DNA of 64,000 nucleotides from assembly GCA_963934795.1 (NCBI GenBank), contig CAWWAF010000001.1:15815-79814 (forward strand). The letters run 5' to 3'. Under the pieces are notes generated by a model, which worked only from the letters and a program-made list of their open reading frames with translations, did no database searches and was not told the origin of the DNA. How positions within the stretch are numbered: position 1 is the first letter of the stretch; every line of letters starts with the position of its first letter. The translations under genes were made by a program, and so were the position numbers. Source of the stretch: an uncultured bacterium. Lineage in GTDB: Bacteria > Acidobacteriota > Vicinamibacteria > Vicinamibacterales > UBA8438. Shown here piece after piece: positions 38,553-48,197 of the stretch.

Positions 38553-39145
38553 CAGTGGGAGCCCGTCTGCCCAGACTGCGGCGAGTGACCGGCGGCAGCC
38601 TGGCGGGACGCCACGATTTCTCGAAATCGGCGCATGTCAGTCGGCGTCACAATCGACCGACTGAACAGCACGACATAGACCAGGACCACCAGGAACTCGG
38701 CCGGCCACAGCCCGTAGAGAAACCATGCGGTCGGAGCGGGGAGCCCGAAGAAGAGGGAAGGGGCCGCGTCTGTCAGGTAGCCCCGATACGACAGCACCAT
38801 CATGGTGAACAGACCACCGAGGAGCAGTCCCGAGAGGCCGAGCCACAGGCGGGTGACTCCCGCTCGCTTCACCCCAAGCATGAGACAACCAATGACGATG
38901 GCGAGTTGCAACAGACCAAACGCCCAGCCGAGCCACAGAATCGGGCTGTGGCGGACACGCCCGTCCCCGCCGTGATTCATCGATGGAAACCCCTCGTGGA
39001 TCACGCCGTGCCCGGTATAGACGCGCTGGATGGCCCCGTCCGCGGCTGCGACGTCTTCGAACGGGACCTCCTCGAGCAGAAACGCCACGTTCGTGACGAC
39101 ACACAACGCGACGAGCAACCCGAACAGGACGACTGGCAGTTTCAT
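38552..39145 (-). CDS. Small polytopic membrane protein translationally coupled to the symporter.
   Basis: 197 aa from ATG 39145 with 4 to 5 TMs. Its stop overlaps the symporter start (ATGA-type overlap at 38552). This arrangement is common for SSS accessory subunits. Confidence 0.65.
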   Translation of the reverse strand: MKLPVVLFGLLVALCVVTNVAFLLEEVPFEDVAAADGAIQRVYTGHGVIHEGFPSMNHGGDGRVRHSPILWLGWAFGLLQLAIVIGCLMLGVKRAGVTRLWLGLSGLLLGGLFTMMVLSYRGYLTDAAPSLFFGLPAPTAWFLYGLWPAEFLVVLVYVVLFSRSIVTPTDMRRFREIVASRQAAAGHSPQSGQTGSH

Positions 39146-39237
39146 CGCGGGGGTGAGGGTCTCGGTCCGGGCAGTGTAGCCCGTCCGTCCTCGGAGGTAC
39201 AATCGAAATACGTCGCTGGGCTTCACAGCTCGACGGC

Positions 39238-40494
39238 ATGGGGGACGATATGAGATACCGGTCACTGGCCTGCCTGACCGCCGTAGTGCTGACGGGATCC
39301 GCGCTGACCGCGCAGGCCCAGGACGGCGCGCTCGACTATCCGCAATGGCGCGGTGCGCAGCGAGATGGGGTGGCGGCGGCATTCGCGGAGCCCGCGAGCT
39401 GGCCGGTCGGGTTGACCCGTCAGTGGCAAGCGGAAACCGGTCTTGGCTACGCCACGCCGATTCTGGTCGGTGACCGCGTCTACACGTTTGGGCGCCTGGG
39501 CACGGACGAGGTGATCATGGCCCTCGACGCCGATACCGGCGCCATCGTCTGGCGCACGACCTACGCCGCGCCCTTCCGCGACAATGCCGGCGTGTCGCGA
39601 CATGGACCCGGCCCGAAGTCGACCCCGTTGTTCTACAACGGGGCGTTGTACACCCTGGGTATCAACGGTGTCGTCTTGGCCGTCGACGCCGCCGACGGAG
39701 CGCTCCTGTGGCGGAAACCGGCCGAAACAGTCGAACCGCTCTACGCCACAGCGCTGTCGCCGGTCGCCGATGACGGGCGGGTCATCTTTCATCTCGGCGG
39801 CCAGAACGACGGAGCGCTGACGGCGTTCGACGCCACGAGCGGCGACGTGGTCTGGAGCTGGGATGGTGACGGTCCCGCGTATGCCTCTCCGATGGTGGCT
39901 GAACTCGGCGGTGTGCGACAGATCGTCACCGTCACCCAAGCGCACGTGGTGGGGGTCGCCGCCGACAGCGGTGAGTTGCTGTGGGAGCGGCCGTTCGTCT
40001 CCCGGTCAACCAACAACTCCATCACCCCGATCGTGGATGGAGACGACGTGATCGTCACGGGGCACGACCTCGGGGTGACGAGATTCCGACCTCGGCGCAA
40101 CTCGGACCAAGGAGGCTGGACGACCGACACGCTCTGGGAAACGGCCGAGGTGTCCATGTTCATGAGCAACCCGGTGCTGTCCGGCAACACGCTGTTCGGC
40201 ATGTCGCACCTCCGCAGCGGCCAGTTCTTTGCGATTGACGCCGGCAGCGGCGCAACGCTGTGGCGCACGGAGGGGCGGGAGGCGACCAACTCCGCGGTCG
40301 TGCTAGCCGGCGACCTGCTGTTCCTCCTCAACAACGACGGCGATCTGGTGGTCGCGCGCACCACCCGATCTGGCTTCAGTCAAGTCGCCCGGTACGAGGT
40401 GTCCCCCACCGCCACATGGGCCCAGCCAGCCATCTCCGGCAACCGGGTGTTCATCAAAGACGAGTCGAACGTGACGCTCTGGACGGTGCCATGA
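39238..40494 (+). CDS. PQQ-like (BamB-type) beta-propeller repeat protein, exported.
   Basis: Signal peptide (LACLTAVVLTGSALTAQAQ), then YPQWRGAQRDG and repeated G..LW blades. The start may be 39238 or 39250. Confidence 0.85.
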   Translation: MGDDMRYRSLACLTAVVLTGSALTAQAQDGALDYPQWRGAQRDGVAAAFAEPASWPVGLTRQWQAETGLGYATPILVGDRVYTFGRLGTDEVIMALDADTGAIVWRTTYAAPFRDNAGVSRHGPGPKSTPLFYNGALYTLGINGVVLAVDAADGALLWRKPAETVEPLYATALSPVADDGRVIFHLGGQNDGALTAFDATSGDVVWSWDGDGPAYASPMVAELGGVRQIVTVTQAHVVGVAADSGELLWERPFVSRSTNNSITPIVDGDDVIVTGHDLGVTRFRPRRNSDQGGWTTDTLWETAEVSMFMSNPVLSGNTLFGMSHLRSGQFFAIDAGSGATLWRTEGREATNSAVVLAGDLLFLLNNDGDLVVARTTRSGFSQVARYEVSPTATWAQPAISGNRVFIKDESNVTLWTVP

Positions 40495-41831
40495 TCGTGC
40501 AGCCTCGGCCGGGTGGGACTGGACAGATGCGACGCACGCTGCGTGGGGCCGTCGGGCTTGTGGCCGTCGTACTCGTGGCCCTGGTGAGCGTCACGACTGT
40601 CAATGGGCAACGGGGCGGTGTGTTTCGCGAATCACGTGATCACCCCGCGATTCGCTATTCGACGGGCGAGACCACAGACGCGGTGACGGTCCTCGATAGT
40701 GCGGTCAAGGCCGGTGACGTAGCACTCGCCTTTGACCCCGCGACCGGGTACCTCCACTCGATACTCGCGGCGCTCAATGTGCCGATCGAGTCGCAGGTCA
40801 CCGTCTTCTCACAAACCAGTTTTCAGGCGAACCTCATCAATCCAGAGAACCCACGGGCGATCTTCTTCAACGACACGGTGGCCGTCGGGTGGGTCCGCGG
40901 GGGCGACGTCTTGGAGATCGCGTCGCTCGACCCGCGTCAGGGTGTGCTGTTCTATTCGATCGACCAGACGCCGGCCGAACGCCCGGAGATTCAGCGCAAC
41001 GATCGGTGCCTCGCGTGCCATCTTTCCTGGGACACGCTGGGCGTGCCCGGACTCACGACGATCAACACGTTGCCAATGCCGGACGACCCGAACGCATACG
41101 CGGTCGGGTGGACCACAGATCACCGCAGCCCACTCGAGGACCGCTGGGGCAGCTGGTATATCACCGGCGCACCGCCGGCGCTGAGCCATCTGGGCAACAT
41201 GACCGAGCCTATGGAGTACCTCCCTGGCGGACCGTCCGTGCCGGCGCCGGAACTAGCGACACTGGAGGGGCTCTTCGATCTAGCTGGGTACCCAACCCCC
41301 TACAGCGACATCGTCGCCATGCTGGTACTTGAGCACCGCAACCATATGACCAACTTGTTGGTCCGGATCGGGTGGGAGGCCAGGGTCGCCAGCCATCCGC
41401 AATCATCAGCTGAGAGAACGCGGGAAGGCCCCGAGGTCGACCTGGAGGACACGGCCGAGGAACTGGTGGACTACCTGTTATTCGTCGACGAAGCACCGCT
41501 GCCAGCCGGTCTCACGAGCACGTCTGGATTTGCGGAGCGATTCTCGTCCGAGGGGCCATTCGACGAAGAGGACCGCTCGCTTCATCAGCTGAGCCTCGAT
41601 GGTCGCTTGCTGCGTTATCCGTGCAGCCCCCTCATCTACGCTGCCGCGTTCGACGCTCTCCCGGCCGACGCGCTCGAGGTGGTGTACGCGCGCCTGTGGA
41701 ATGTCCTGTCGGGCGCCGCCGCAGAACCTCGCTATGAGGTGCTCAGTCGGCAGGATCGACTCGCGATCGTCGAGATTCTGCGGGAGACAAAGACCAATCT
41801 GCCGGACTACTTTCTGGGCGACGTGCTGTAG
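40491..41831 (+). CDS. Exported hypothetical protein with a single CxxCH heme-binding motif.
   Basis: ATG 40491 overlaps the upstream stop (ATGA). Signal peptide (AVGLVAVVLVALVSVTTVNG). Contains NDRCLACHLSWD. No named family recognised. Confidence 0.7.
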   Translation: MIVQPRPGGTGQMRRTLRGAVGLVAVVLVALVSVTTVNGQRGGVFRESRDHPAIRYSTGETTDAVTVLDSAVKAGDVALAFDPATGYLHSILAALNVPIESQVTVFSQTSFQANLINPENPRAIFFNDTVAVGWVRGGDVLEIASLDPRQGVLFYSIDQTPAERPEIQRNDRCLACHLSWDTLGVPGLTTINTLPMPDDPNAYAVGWTTDHRSPLEDRWGSWYITGAPPALSHLGNMTEPMEYLPGGPSVPAPELATLEGLFDLAGYPTPYSDIVAMLVLEHRNHMTNLLVRIGWEARVASHPQSSAERTREGPEVDLEDTAEELVDYLLFVDEAPLPAGLTSTSGFAERFSSEGPFDEEDRSLHQLSLDGRLLRYPCSPLIYAAAFDALPADALEVVYARLWNVLSGAAAEPRYEVLSRQDRLAIVEILRETKTNLPDYFLGDVL

Positions 41832-41892
41832 TCTGGCCCTGCGGATCCGCTCCGAGACACGCGCGTGGGTCGGAAGTGGCGACGAGCCCGGC

Positions 41893-42609
41893 TCAGAGGT
41901 CCGCCAGGTCGATCTCATTCCGACCCGCAACAATCTCCACCTCGTGCGTTCGTCGCTCTTTCGCGATGATCACGGTCGCCGTGTACTGCCCGGGGACCAC
42001 ATCAGATACCGTAAAGCTCCCGTCCCGTTCGGCCACAACCGCATACGGCGACTCCACCACCATGATGTCGGCGGACATCTCAGTATGGGTGTTGCATTCG
42101 ACCGTGAACTCGTCGCCCACCTCGAAGGTGTGGGTGTAGGAATTGCCGTTGATCGACGCAACGTTGAATATGGACTCGCCAGCGCTGTCTTTCACGTGCA
42201 CCGTGTGGAGATCGTCCTCGCTATTCGTAAAGTCGATGGTCTGGCCAGCTCGAACGAGGATAAATCGGGGCACGAACTGACGGCCGATCTGGTCCATCAC
42301 CGGCAGTGCCACCGGAAGCGGGACGTCCACGTCGTGTTGCGGATCGAGCAACACGATGGCTCGGATGATCGCGTCCCCCTCAGGAGCCGCGCCAACGACC
42401 TGACCCAACGCCAGATCTTGAGCCGTGGGCGCTTCGGCTTCCGGGACCGGTTCCGGCTCAACCTCTGGGGCACCGCCGCCACAGCCGCCGACCATGAGCG
42501 CCGCGGCGACCGCCGCCGCACCACTCAGTCGCCGCGCGTGGCCGGGCGACCGCCACGCAGCAAGACGCCTGGGCGCCTGAGACACGTCAGCGGAACACAC
42601 AGTCAACAT
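41893..42609 (-). CDS. Lipoprotein with a cupredoxin (type-1 copper, amicyanin-like) domain and a C-terminal carboxypeptidase-regulatory-like domain.
   Basis: Lipobox ALMVGGC. Contains VRAGQTIDFTNSEDDLHTVHV...FTVECNTHTEMSADIMV, giving His, Cys-x2-His-x2-Met. Followed by DGSFTVSDVVPGQYTATVI. Confidence 0.7.
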   Translation of the reverse strand: MLTVCSADVSQAPRRLAAWRSPGHARRLSGAAAVAAALMVGGCGGGAPEVEPEPVPEAEAPTAQDLALGQVVGAAPEGDAIIRAIVLLDPQHDVDVPLPVALPVMDQIGRQFVPRFILVRAGQTIDFTNSEDDLHTVHVKDSAGESIFNVASINGNSYTHTFEVGDEFTVECNTHTEMSADIMVVESPYAVVAERDGSFTVSDVVPGQYTATVIIAKERRTHEVEIVAGRNEIDLADL

Positions 42610-42767
42610 TGCAAGAGATCGTACCAGAACTTGCGGACCGAGGCAGGGTGGACCGGGTGGATCAGCGTCTGAGCAACGACGCGTGCCGCCGTCGCTGGAC
42701 GTGTGCGGAGATATACTGCGCACAGTTTCCGAAACAGGTGTAGCCGTTCCAGAACGGGTGAATACTG

Positions 42768-43811
42768 ATGATCTTGTGGGCGCAACGTCTTGGTCGGGTC
42801 TTCCAGCGTGGCGAATTCCTCCTTGCGCTGGTCGTGCCACTGGTGTTGGCGATCACAGTGGCCTCTGCACGACAGCAGGAACGGCCGGTCCTTCGGACTG
42901 AAGCGGACTTCCACCGCGCGATGCAAGAGCTGTCCAACTGGGGGCGGTGGGGCAACGACGACGAACTGGGGGCGGCAAACTTCATCACACCCGCTACGCG
43001 CAAGGCGGCTGCAGCCCTGGTCACCGAAGGTATCAGCGTCTCGCTCGCGCATGACGTGATCCAGGAAGACGCCGTCGACGGTGGCACCTACCTGGACCGC
43101 GAGGTGCTTCGCGTCAGCGAAACTGGCGCCGCCGACCGATACCAATACACCGGCACCTATCACGGCACGATTCACAGTCACCTGGACTCGGTAGCCTGTC
43201 ACGTCATGTACCAAGGCAAGGGCTACAACGGCGTCACGCAAGAGTCGATCGAGGCGACTGGCGGCTGTCCGCAAGGCAGTATCCATGCACTGCGGGACGG
43301 CATCTTCACGCGCGGCATCTTGTTCGACGCCACGCTGCTGCCGGGTCGCGCCACGCCTGAAGGATGGATGCCACCAGGTGACGAGATCAGTTGGGCCGAC
43401 TTGGAGCAACTGGAGGCGATCGAAGGCGTCCGTGTGGCCGAAGGCGACGTCATTCTGCTCTACACCGGCCGCTGGAAGCGGAGGGCGGCGCTGGGCGCGT
43501 GGCCGACTTCGGAAGGCGTCTCTGGATATCAGGCGGAAGTGGCCTACTTCCTGAAAGAGCGTGGCGTGTCGTTCATCGGGCACGATATGTTCAACGACGT
43601 CTCGCCCCATGGATTCCCGCCAGACGTCGGTCTCCCCCTCCATCGGCTCGCGCTCGTCTCGCTGGGTGTATCGATCTTCGACAACCTGGACTTCGAAGCC
43701 TTGGCCGAAGAAGCACGGCGGCAGAATCGGTACGAATTCCTGTTCACAGCCGCTCCACTGCGGATCGAGCAGGGAATGGGTTCGCCGTTGAACCCGATCG
43801 CCACGTTCTAG
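42768..43811 (+). CDS. Cyclase-family protein (kynurenine formamidase-like fold).
   Basis: 347 aa. Contains SNWGRWGNDDELGAANFITP and YHGTIHSHLDSVACH, which is HxGTHxD-like. Confidence 0.8.
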   Translation: MILWAQRLGRVFQRGEFLLALVVPLVLAITVASARQQERPVLRTEADFHRAMQELSNWGRWGNDDELGAANFITPATRKAAAALVTEGISVSLAHDVIQEDAVDGGTYLDREVLRVSETGAADRYQYTGTYHGTIHSHLDSVACHVMYQGKGYNGVTQESIEATGGCPQGSIHALRDGIFTRGILFDATLLPGRATPEGWMPPGDEISWADLEQLEAIEGVRVAEGDVILLYTGRWKRRAALGAWPTSEGVSGYQAEVAYFLKERGVSFIGHDMFNDVSPHGFPPDVGLPLHRLALVSLGVSIFDNLDFEALAEEARRQNRYEFLFTAAPLRIEQGMGSPLNPIATF

Positions 43812-43890
43812 GTGGACGCCCCGACGCTACGTCCGGACGCAATGCAAGCTACGCAGGGATTCCCGGCTTGGGCCGGCAAGGAGGTAATGG

Positions 43891-45108
43891 ATGTCGTTTC
43901 TGAACAGATGCGGTCTCATGGCAACGCTGACGCTGGTGGCCGTCGCGACCGCGTGTAGCGGCGACTCGGGGATGACCGATGCCGTCGACGCGCCGGCGAC
44001 CAGCCAGGCGGCGGCGGCGCCTGACGCGAGCGGCCCGCAAGCGCCGATGTTCGAAGTCGACCCGCTGTGGCCCAAACCGCTGCCCAACCACTGGCTGCTC
44101 GGTTCCACCATCGGGGTCGACGTCGACGCCCAGGACCACGTCTGGATTGTCCACCGCGCATCGACGCTGGCCGGCAACGAGACATCGGCCATGGGAGACC
44201 CGCCGACGGCGGAAGAATGCTGCTTTCCCGCCCCGCCAGTGCTCGAGTTTGACCCGGCGGGGAACCTGGTGAACAGCTGGGGCGGACCCGGTGAGGGCTA
44301 CACCTGGCCGTCCTCCAATCACGGCATCACCGTGGACCACATGGACAATGTTTGGGTCGGCGGCAACGGCGGCGCCGACTCACACGCGGTCAAATTCACA
44401 CGGAGCGGGGACTTCTTGTTGGAGGTGGGTGTACCCGGTCGTGGCCGCGACAGTCTCAGCCTCGACAGTTTCAGCCGCATCGCCAAGATCGCGTTCGACG
44501 GACCGGCGAACGAGATGTATTTCGCCGACGGCTATGGCAATCGTCGGGTGGCCGTGGTCGACGCCGACACCGGCGAGCTGAAGCGGTTCTGGGGCGCGTA
44601 CGGGAACGAGCCGGACGATGCCTATGACGAGCGCTACGTACCGGGCGGCCCGAATCTGCAGCAGTTTCTCAGTCCGGTCCACTGCGCCGAGGTGTCCAGC
44701 AGCGGTTTGATCTACGTCTGCGACCGTGCGCACGATCGGATTCAGGTCTTCCAGAAAGATGGCACGTTCGTCGACGAGATGCTCGTCATGCCAAACACCA
44801 CGGGATCCGGAGCCGCGTGGGACCTCGACTTCTCACGCGACCCGGACCAGACCTACATCTATCTGGCGGACGGTGTGAACCAACGGGTGCATATCATCGA
44901 CCGCGTGAGCCTCACGCATCTGACCAGCTTCGGCGACGGCGGCCGGCAGCCCGGTCAGTTCTTCGGCACCCACAGCATCGCCACTGACTCTGCCGGCAAC
45001 ATTTATACGACCGAGACCTACGAAGGGAAGCGGCTGCAGAAATTCGTCTACAAGGGTCTCGGTCCGGTCACGACGAACAACCAGGGCGTGGTCTGGCCCC
45101 AGCCGTAA
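43891..45108 (+). CDS. Lipoprotein; NHL-repeat beta-propeller resembling peptidyl-alpha-hydroxyglycine alpha-amidating lyase (PAL).
   Basis: AGGAGG precedes the ATG. Lipobox LVAVATAC. Contains NHGITVD, FADGYGNRRVAVVD, VCDRAHDRIQVF, PGQFFGTHSIATD. Confidence 0.85.
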   Translation: MSFLNRCGLMATLTLVAVATACSGDSGMTDAVDAPATSQAAAAPDASGPQAPMFEVDPLWPKPLPNHWLLGSTIGVDVDAQDHVWIVHRASTLAGNETSAMGDPPTAEECCFPAPPVLEFDPAGNLVNSWGGPGEGYTWPSSNHGITVDHMDNVWVGGNGGADSHAVKFTRSGDFLLEVGVPGRGRDSLSLDSFSRIAKIAFDGPANEMYFADGYGNRRVAVVDADTGELKRFWGAYGNEPDDAYDERYVPGGPNLQQFLSPVHCAEVSSSGLIYVCDRAHDRIQVFQKDGTFVDEMLVMPNTTGSGAAWDLDFSRDPDQTYIYLADGVNQRVHIIDRVSLTHLTSFGDGGRQPGQFFGTHSIATDSAGNIYTTETYEGKRLQKFVYKGLGPVTTNNQGVVWPQP

Positions 45109-45124
45109 CGGCAAGGAGGTGCGT

Positions 45125-45667
45125 GTGCGACTGCTCGCAACGCTCAGTCTGGTCACGATACTCACCACTGTCGGACCGGCGGACGGCCAGTCACGCCGAA
45201 CCGCCGCCGCCGATGAACCGGCACCGGTCCGTGGATGTCTGGACCGAGACATGATTCTAGTGGCGAACGACGTCACCCATCAGGCTCGCGGCGCCCCATT
45301 CTGGGTCGACGCAGGGCACGAGTTCGAGCTGCTGGGCGAGCGTGAGATGCTCTTCGACCTCGAGCAACACATCGGCCACGAGGTGGAGATCACGTTGCTA
45401 CTGGAGTGGGAGTCGAACGCCGGGCCGCGACCGATACCGGAACCAACGGCGCCTGGCCCTGGTCTTCCCGGGCTGCCTGGCGGGGTCGGCGGCCGTGGCG
45501 GATTCGGTGGCCAACCCAGCGGGCCCACCGGACGGCCTCAAGGGGGCTTCGGGCAGCCGTCCCAGCCCCGGCGTAGCGGTGCGGTGCGAGCTGAAGCCAT
45601 CCCGGGTATCATGACCGACTTCAGGGTCGTCAGCCTGGCATGCCGCAGTGACCGCTGGGACCGCTAG
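45125..45667 (+). CDS. Hypothetical exported protein with a Gly/Pro-rich linker.
   Basis: AAGGAGG lies 5 nt before GTG 45125 (the ORF opens at 45119). Signal peptide RLLATLSLVTILTTVGPADG. Contains PGPGLPGLPGGVGGRGGFGGQPSGP. Confidence 0.5.
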   Translation: MRLLATLSLVTILTTVGPADGQSRRTAAADEPAPVRGCLDRDMILVANDVTHQARGAPFWVDAGHEFELLGEREMLFDLEQHIGHEVEITLLLEWESNAGPRPIPEPTAPGPGLPGLPGGVGGRGGFGGQPSGPTGRPQGGFGQPSQPRRSGAVRAEAIPGIMTDFRVVSLACRSDRWDR

Positions 45668-45721
45668 CAGCCGCGCGTCAGCTCCTCCCGGGCGCGCCGT
45701 GACGAGTGCTCGACGACAGCC

Positions 45722-46726
45722 CTAGCGCTCCTGTGCCCGGGCGCCCGCAAGCAGATTGGTCATCCCGTAATTGCCTTCGTGGCAGGCGTATTCGAACAAC
45801 GGCGCGTCGGTACGCTGCATCGGGATGACGGCGGTGAACGGCGCGCTGAAAGTCGAGGGGTCGTCCACGGTGAACTCGTAGCGCAGCGTGTCGTCAGAGA
45901 CGCGCGTAAAACGCTCGATCAGGTGTAGCGACTCGCCGGACCCGTACGTGCTGACAATCGTATAGAAGCTGCCGGTCTTGTCGGTGTAGTTGTCGCTCTC
46001 GACGACCAGTGTGTCACCGTCCCACCAACCGCGTGCGTCACCCATCCACTGTCGCATCCCCTCCGGCAACGGAGGACGACCGTCCAGCGGCACCACCCTG
46101 ACCTCGTGGATCATCTCGCTGAGGATCACCACGTGACCTGGCGTCTGAAAGATCTGCACGTTGTTGTTGTACGCGCTAGGAAGCATCGGCGGCCCGGAGT
46201 TGAACCCGAGCATGCAGCGCTCCGACAGCCCAAGGTCTTCCGGCCCGGTCGCGGGGGAACCGATGAGCACTCGTGCTCGTACGGGACGGATCCCATCCTG
46301 CTTGGCGGCCCCTTGGCTCTCGGTGGCGGGTAGGCGATCGGGGATACGCCCGTCCGAGGGATCCACAATCAGCGATGTACGACGATCAGCGGTCAGGCTG
46401 TTGCCCCAGTCCCACCAGAAGTCGTTATAGGCGCGCTCGACGTCGCGCTGTGAGCCGCCGTCACGGCGGTCGGCGTTTCGCCCTTCCGCTGACTGGCGTG
46501 CAAACTCCGCCGCTTCTTCGGCCGTCAGCACTGGCTTGTCCTTCAGCGCGGCGGGTCGCTCCAACGGCGTGACCGTACGAAAGTCCCAGACGCCGCCCAG
46601 GTCGGGTGCACCCCATGCGGTGCGGGGTGCTTCCCCGCTCTGGCCGGCGGCCGCCGAGGACCCGCCGCTGAGCACGGCGACAACGACAACGATGAGGAGA
46701 CGACCTCCGGTCGAGAGCATATTCAC
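45722..46726 (-). CDS. Secreted hypothetical protein; paralog of 15146..16231.
   Basis: AAGGAGG lies 5 nt before GTG 46726. Has a signal peptide and the shared C-terminal motif FEYACHEGNYGMTNLLAGAR. Confidence 0.8.
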   Translation of the reverse strand: MNMLSTGGRLLIVVVVAVLSGGSSAAAGQSGEAPRTAWGAPDLGGVWDFRTVTPLERPAALKDKPVLTAEEAAEFARQSAEGRNADRRDGGSQRDVERAYNDFWWDWGNSLTADRRTSLIVDPSDGRIPDRLPATESQGAAKQDGIRPVRARVLIGSPATGPEDLGLSERCMLGFNSGPPMLPSAYNNNVQIFQTPGHVVILSEMIHEVRVVPLDGRPPLPEGMRQWMGDARGWWDGDTLVVESDNYTDKTGSFYTIVSTYGSGESLHLIERFTRVSDDTLRYEFTVDDPSTFSAPFTAVIPMQRTDAPLFEYACHEGNYGMTNLLAGARAQER

Positions 46727-46772
46727 GACAACCTCCTTCAGGTCAGACCCGCGCACGATGAGGACGACGCCG

Positions 46773-48107
46773 CTACCGATCGAACAACGTCAGATCAATG
46801 GCGTGGGCCATGGCGCGATAGCCGATGTCGCTTGGATGGAGCCAGTCCCCCGACTGATAGTCTTCGCGAATCTTGCTCGGGTTCGTCGTATCCCGCACGG
46901 CGGCGTCGAAATCGATGACCGCGTCGTAGGCTCCCGATGTTCGCATCCACTGGTTGAACGCTTGACGTTTCACCTCGCCGATGTCGCGGAAGTAGAACGC
47001 TCCTTCAAATGGCGCCAGCGTGGCGCCGTAGATCTTGAGCCCTCGTGCATGGACCCGTGCGACCAGTTCGAGGTGGCCCGCGATGATCTCTTCCACGGTG
47101 GGCGTTTCGGACTCGAACGCCATCCCGATGTCATTGGTCGATTCGAGCACGATCACATGCGTCACACCGGGTTGGGACAGCACGTCGCGGTCCAACCTCG
47201 ACAGCGCGCTCGGGCCAAAGAGGGCGTTGGGGTTCGGCGGCGGCGGCGCCGGCCCATCCGCGCCGCGTCGCAAAATGCCGAGACCGGCATTGTGACCAAG
47301 CACTCGGTTGCCGCCAATGCCGACATTCAGTACGCCGGGCGGCGTGCGCCCTGGCCGCTGGACGAGTCGACGAGCAAGGAAATCTGGCCACCGGCTGTGG
47401 GTGTCTGGGGTGGAGGCGGTCCCGTCTGTGATGGAATCGCCGAGGGTCACGACGACCGGGGTGCCCTCCGGGGCCAGCACCTCGACACGCGACAGATAGA
47501 ACCACGACTGAAAGGTCTGCTCGACCGGCAGGTCGGCCACACCGGTGTGATCGCCGGTTGGCGACAGATAGTTCGTGGTGAGTCCCGTCCCGTGCACGGT
47601 GGCACCGGTGCCGGACGCCGAATCGCCCTGGACGTACAGATCAATGACCAGGTCGGCAAGTGCTGGCACGCCCAACTCGACCGCATCGCTGACGACCATC
47701 GCGCCGGGCGCTACCGTGACCGATGACATGCCTGCGAACCGAAGCGCCGCTCCAGCGCTGGTGTCGATGGCGGCGTCACCGTCCCGCAACGCGACGTGGG
47801 CCGCACCGATTTCGAGCGGCTCGCTACCGAATAGGTTGGTCAGTGCCACGCGAACGGACGAGCCACCGATGCTGGTGTGAATGATCTGCCGCACGGTCTG
47901 ATCCGCAATGCGAACCGAATCAGCTCCGGGCCCGCCCTGGGCACCATCGCCTGGCGGAGGCAGCAGTACCGGGGCCGTGGCCCACGTCCCCACCCAGGCG
48001 CCCTGTTCTTGCGCCCGGGCACTGCCGGACAACGAGAACAACACGAGCAGCGCCACAGGAACGACGTGAAGCCGACCCGTGCGAAATCCGAATATGCCAA
48101 GTGTCAT
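46773..48107 (-). CDS. SGNH/GDSL hydrolase family protein, exported.
   Basis: GAAGGAG precedes ATG 48107, followed by a signal peptide. Contains VVVTLGDSITDG, GIGGNRV and, near the C-terminus, DWLHP. Confidence 0.85.
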   Translation of the reverse strand: MTLGIFGFRTGRLHVVPVALLVLFSLSGSARAQEQGAWVGTWATAPVLLPPPGDGAQGGPGADSVRIADQTVRQIIHTSIGGSSVRVALTNLFGSEPLEIGAAHVALRDGDAAIDTSAGAALRFAGMSSVTVAPGAMVVSDAVELGVPALADLVIDLYVQGDSASGTGATVHGTGLTTNYLSPTGDHTGVADLPVEQTFQSWFYLSRVEVLAPEGTPVVVTLGDSITDGTASTPDTHSRWPDFLARRLVQRPGRTPPGVLNVGIGGNRVLGHNAGLGILRRGADGPAPPPPNPNALFGPSALSRLDRDVLSQPGVTHVIVLESTNDIGMAFESETPTVEEIIAGHLELVARVHARGLKIYGATLAPFEGAFYFRDIGEVKRQAFNQWMRTSGAYDAVIDFDAAVRDTTNPSKIREDYQSGDWLHPSDIGYRAMAHAIDLTLFDR

Positions 48108-48197
48108 GGTGACTCCTTCTCCGATGCCAGGAGCATAGCCGTCCAGACTCCGTGTGACAACGCCCTCGGGCGTCCCTGCTGGTACACACTAGGCCGC

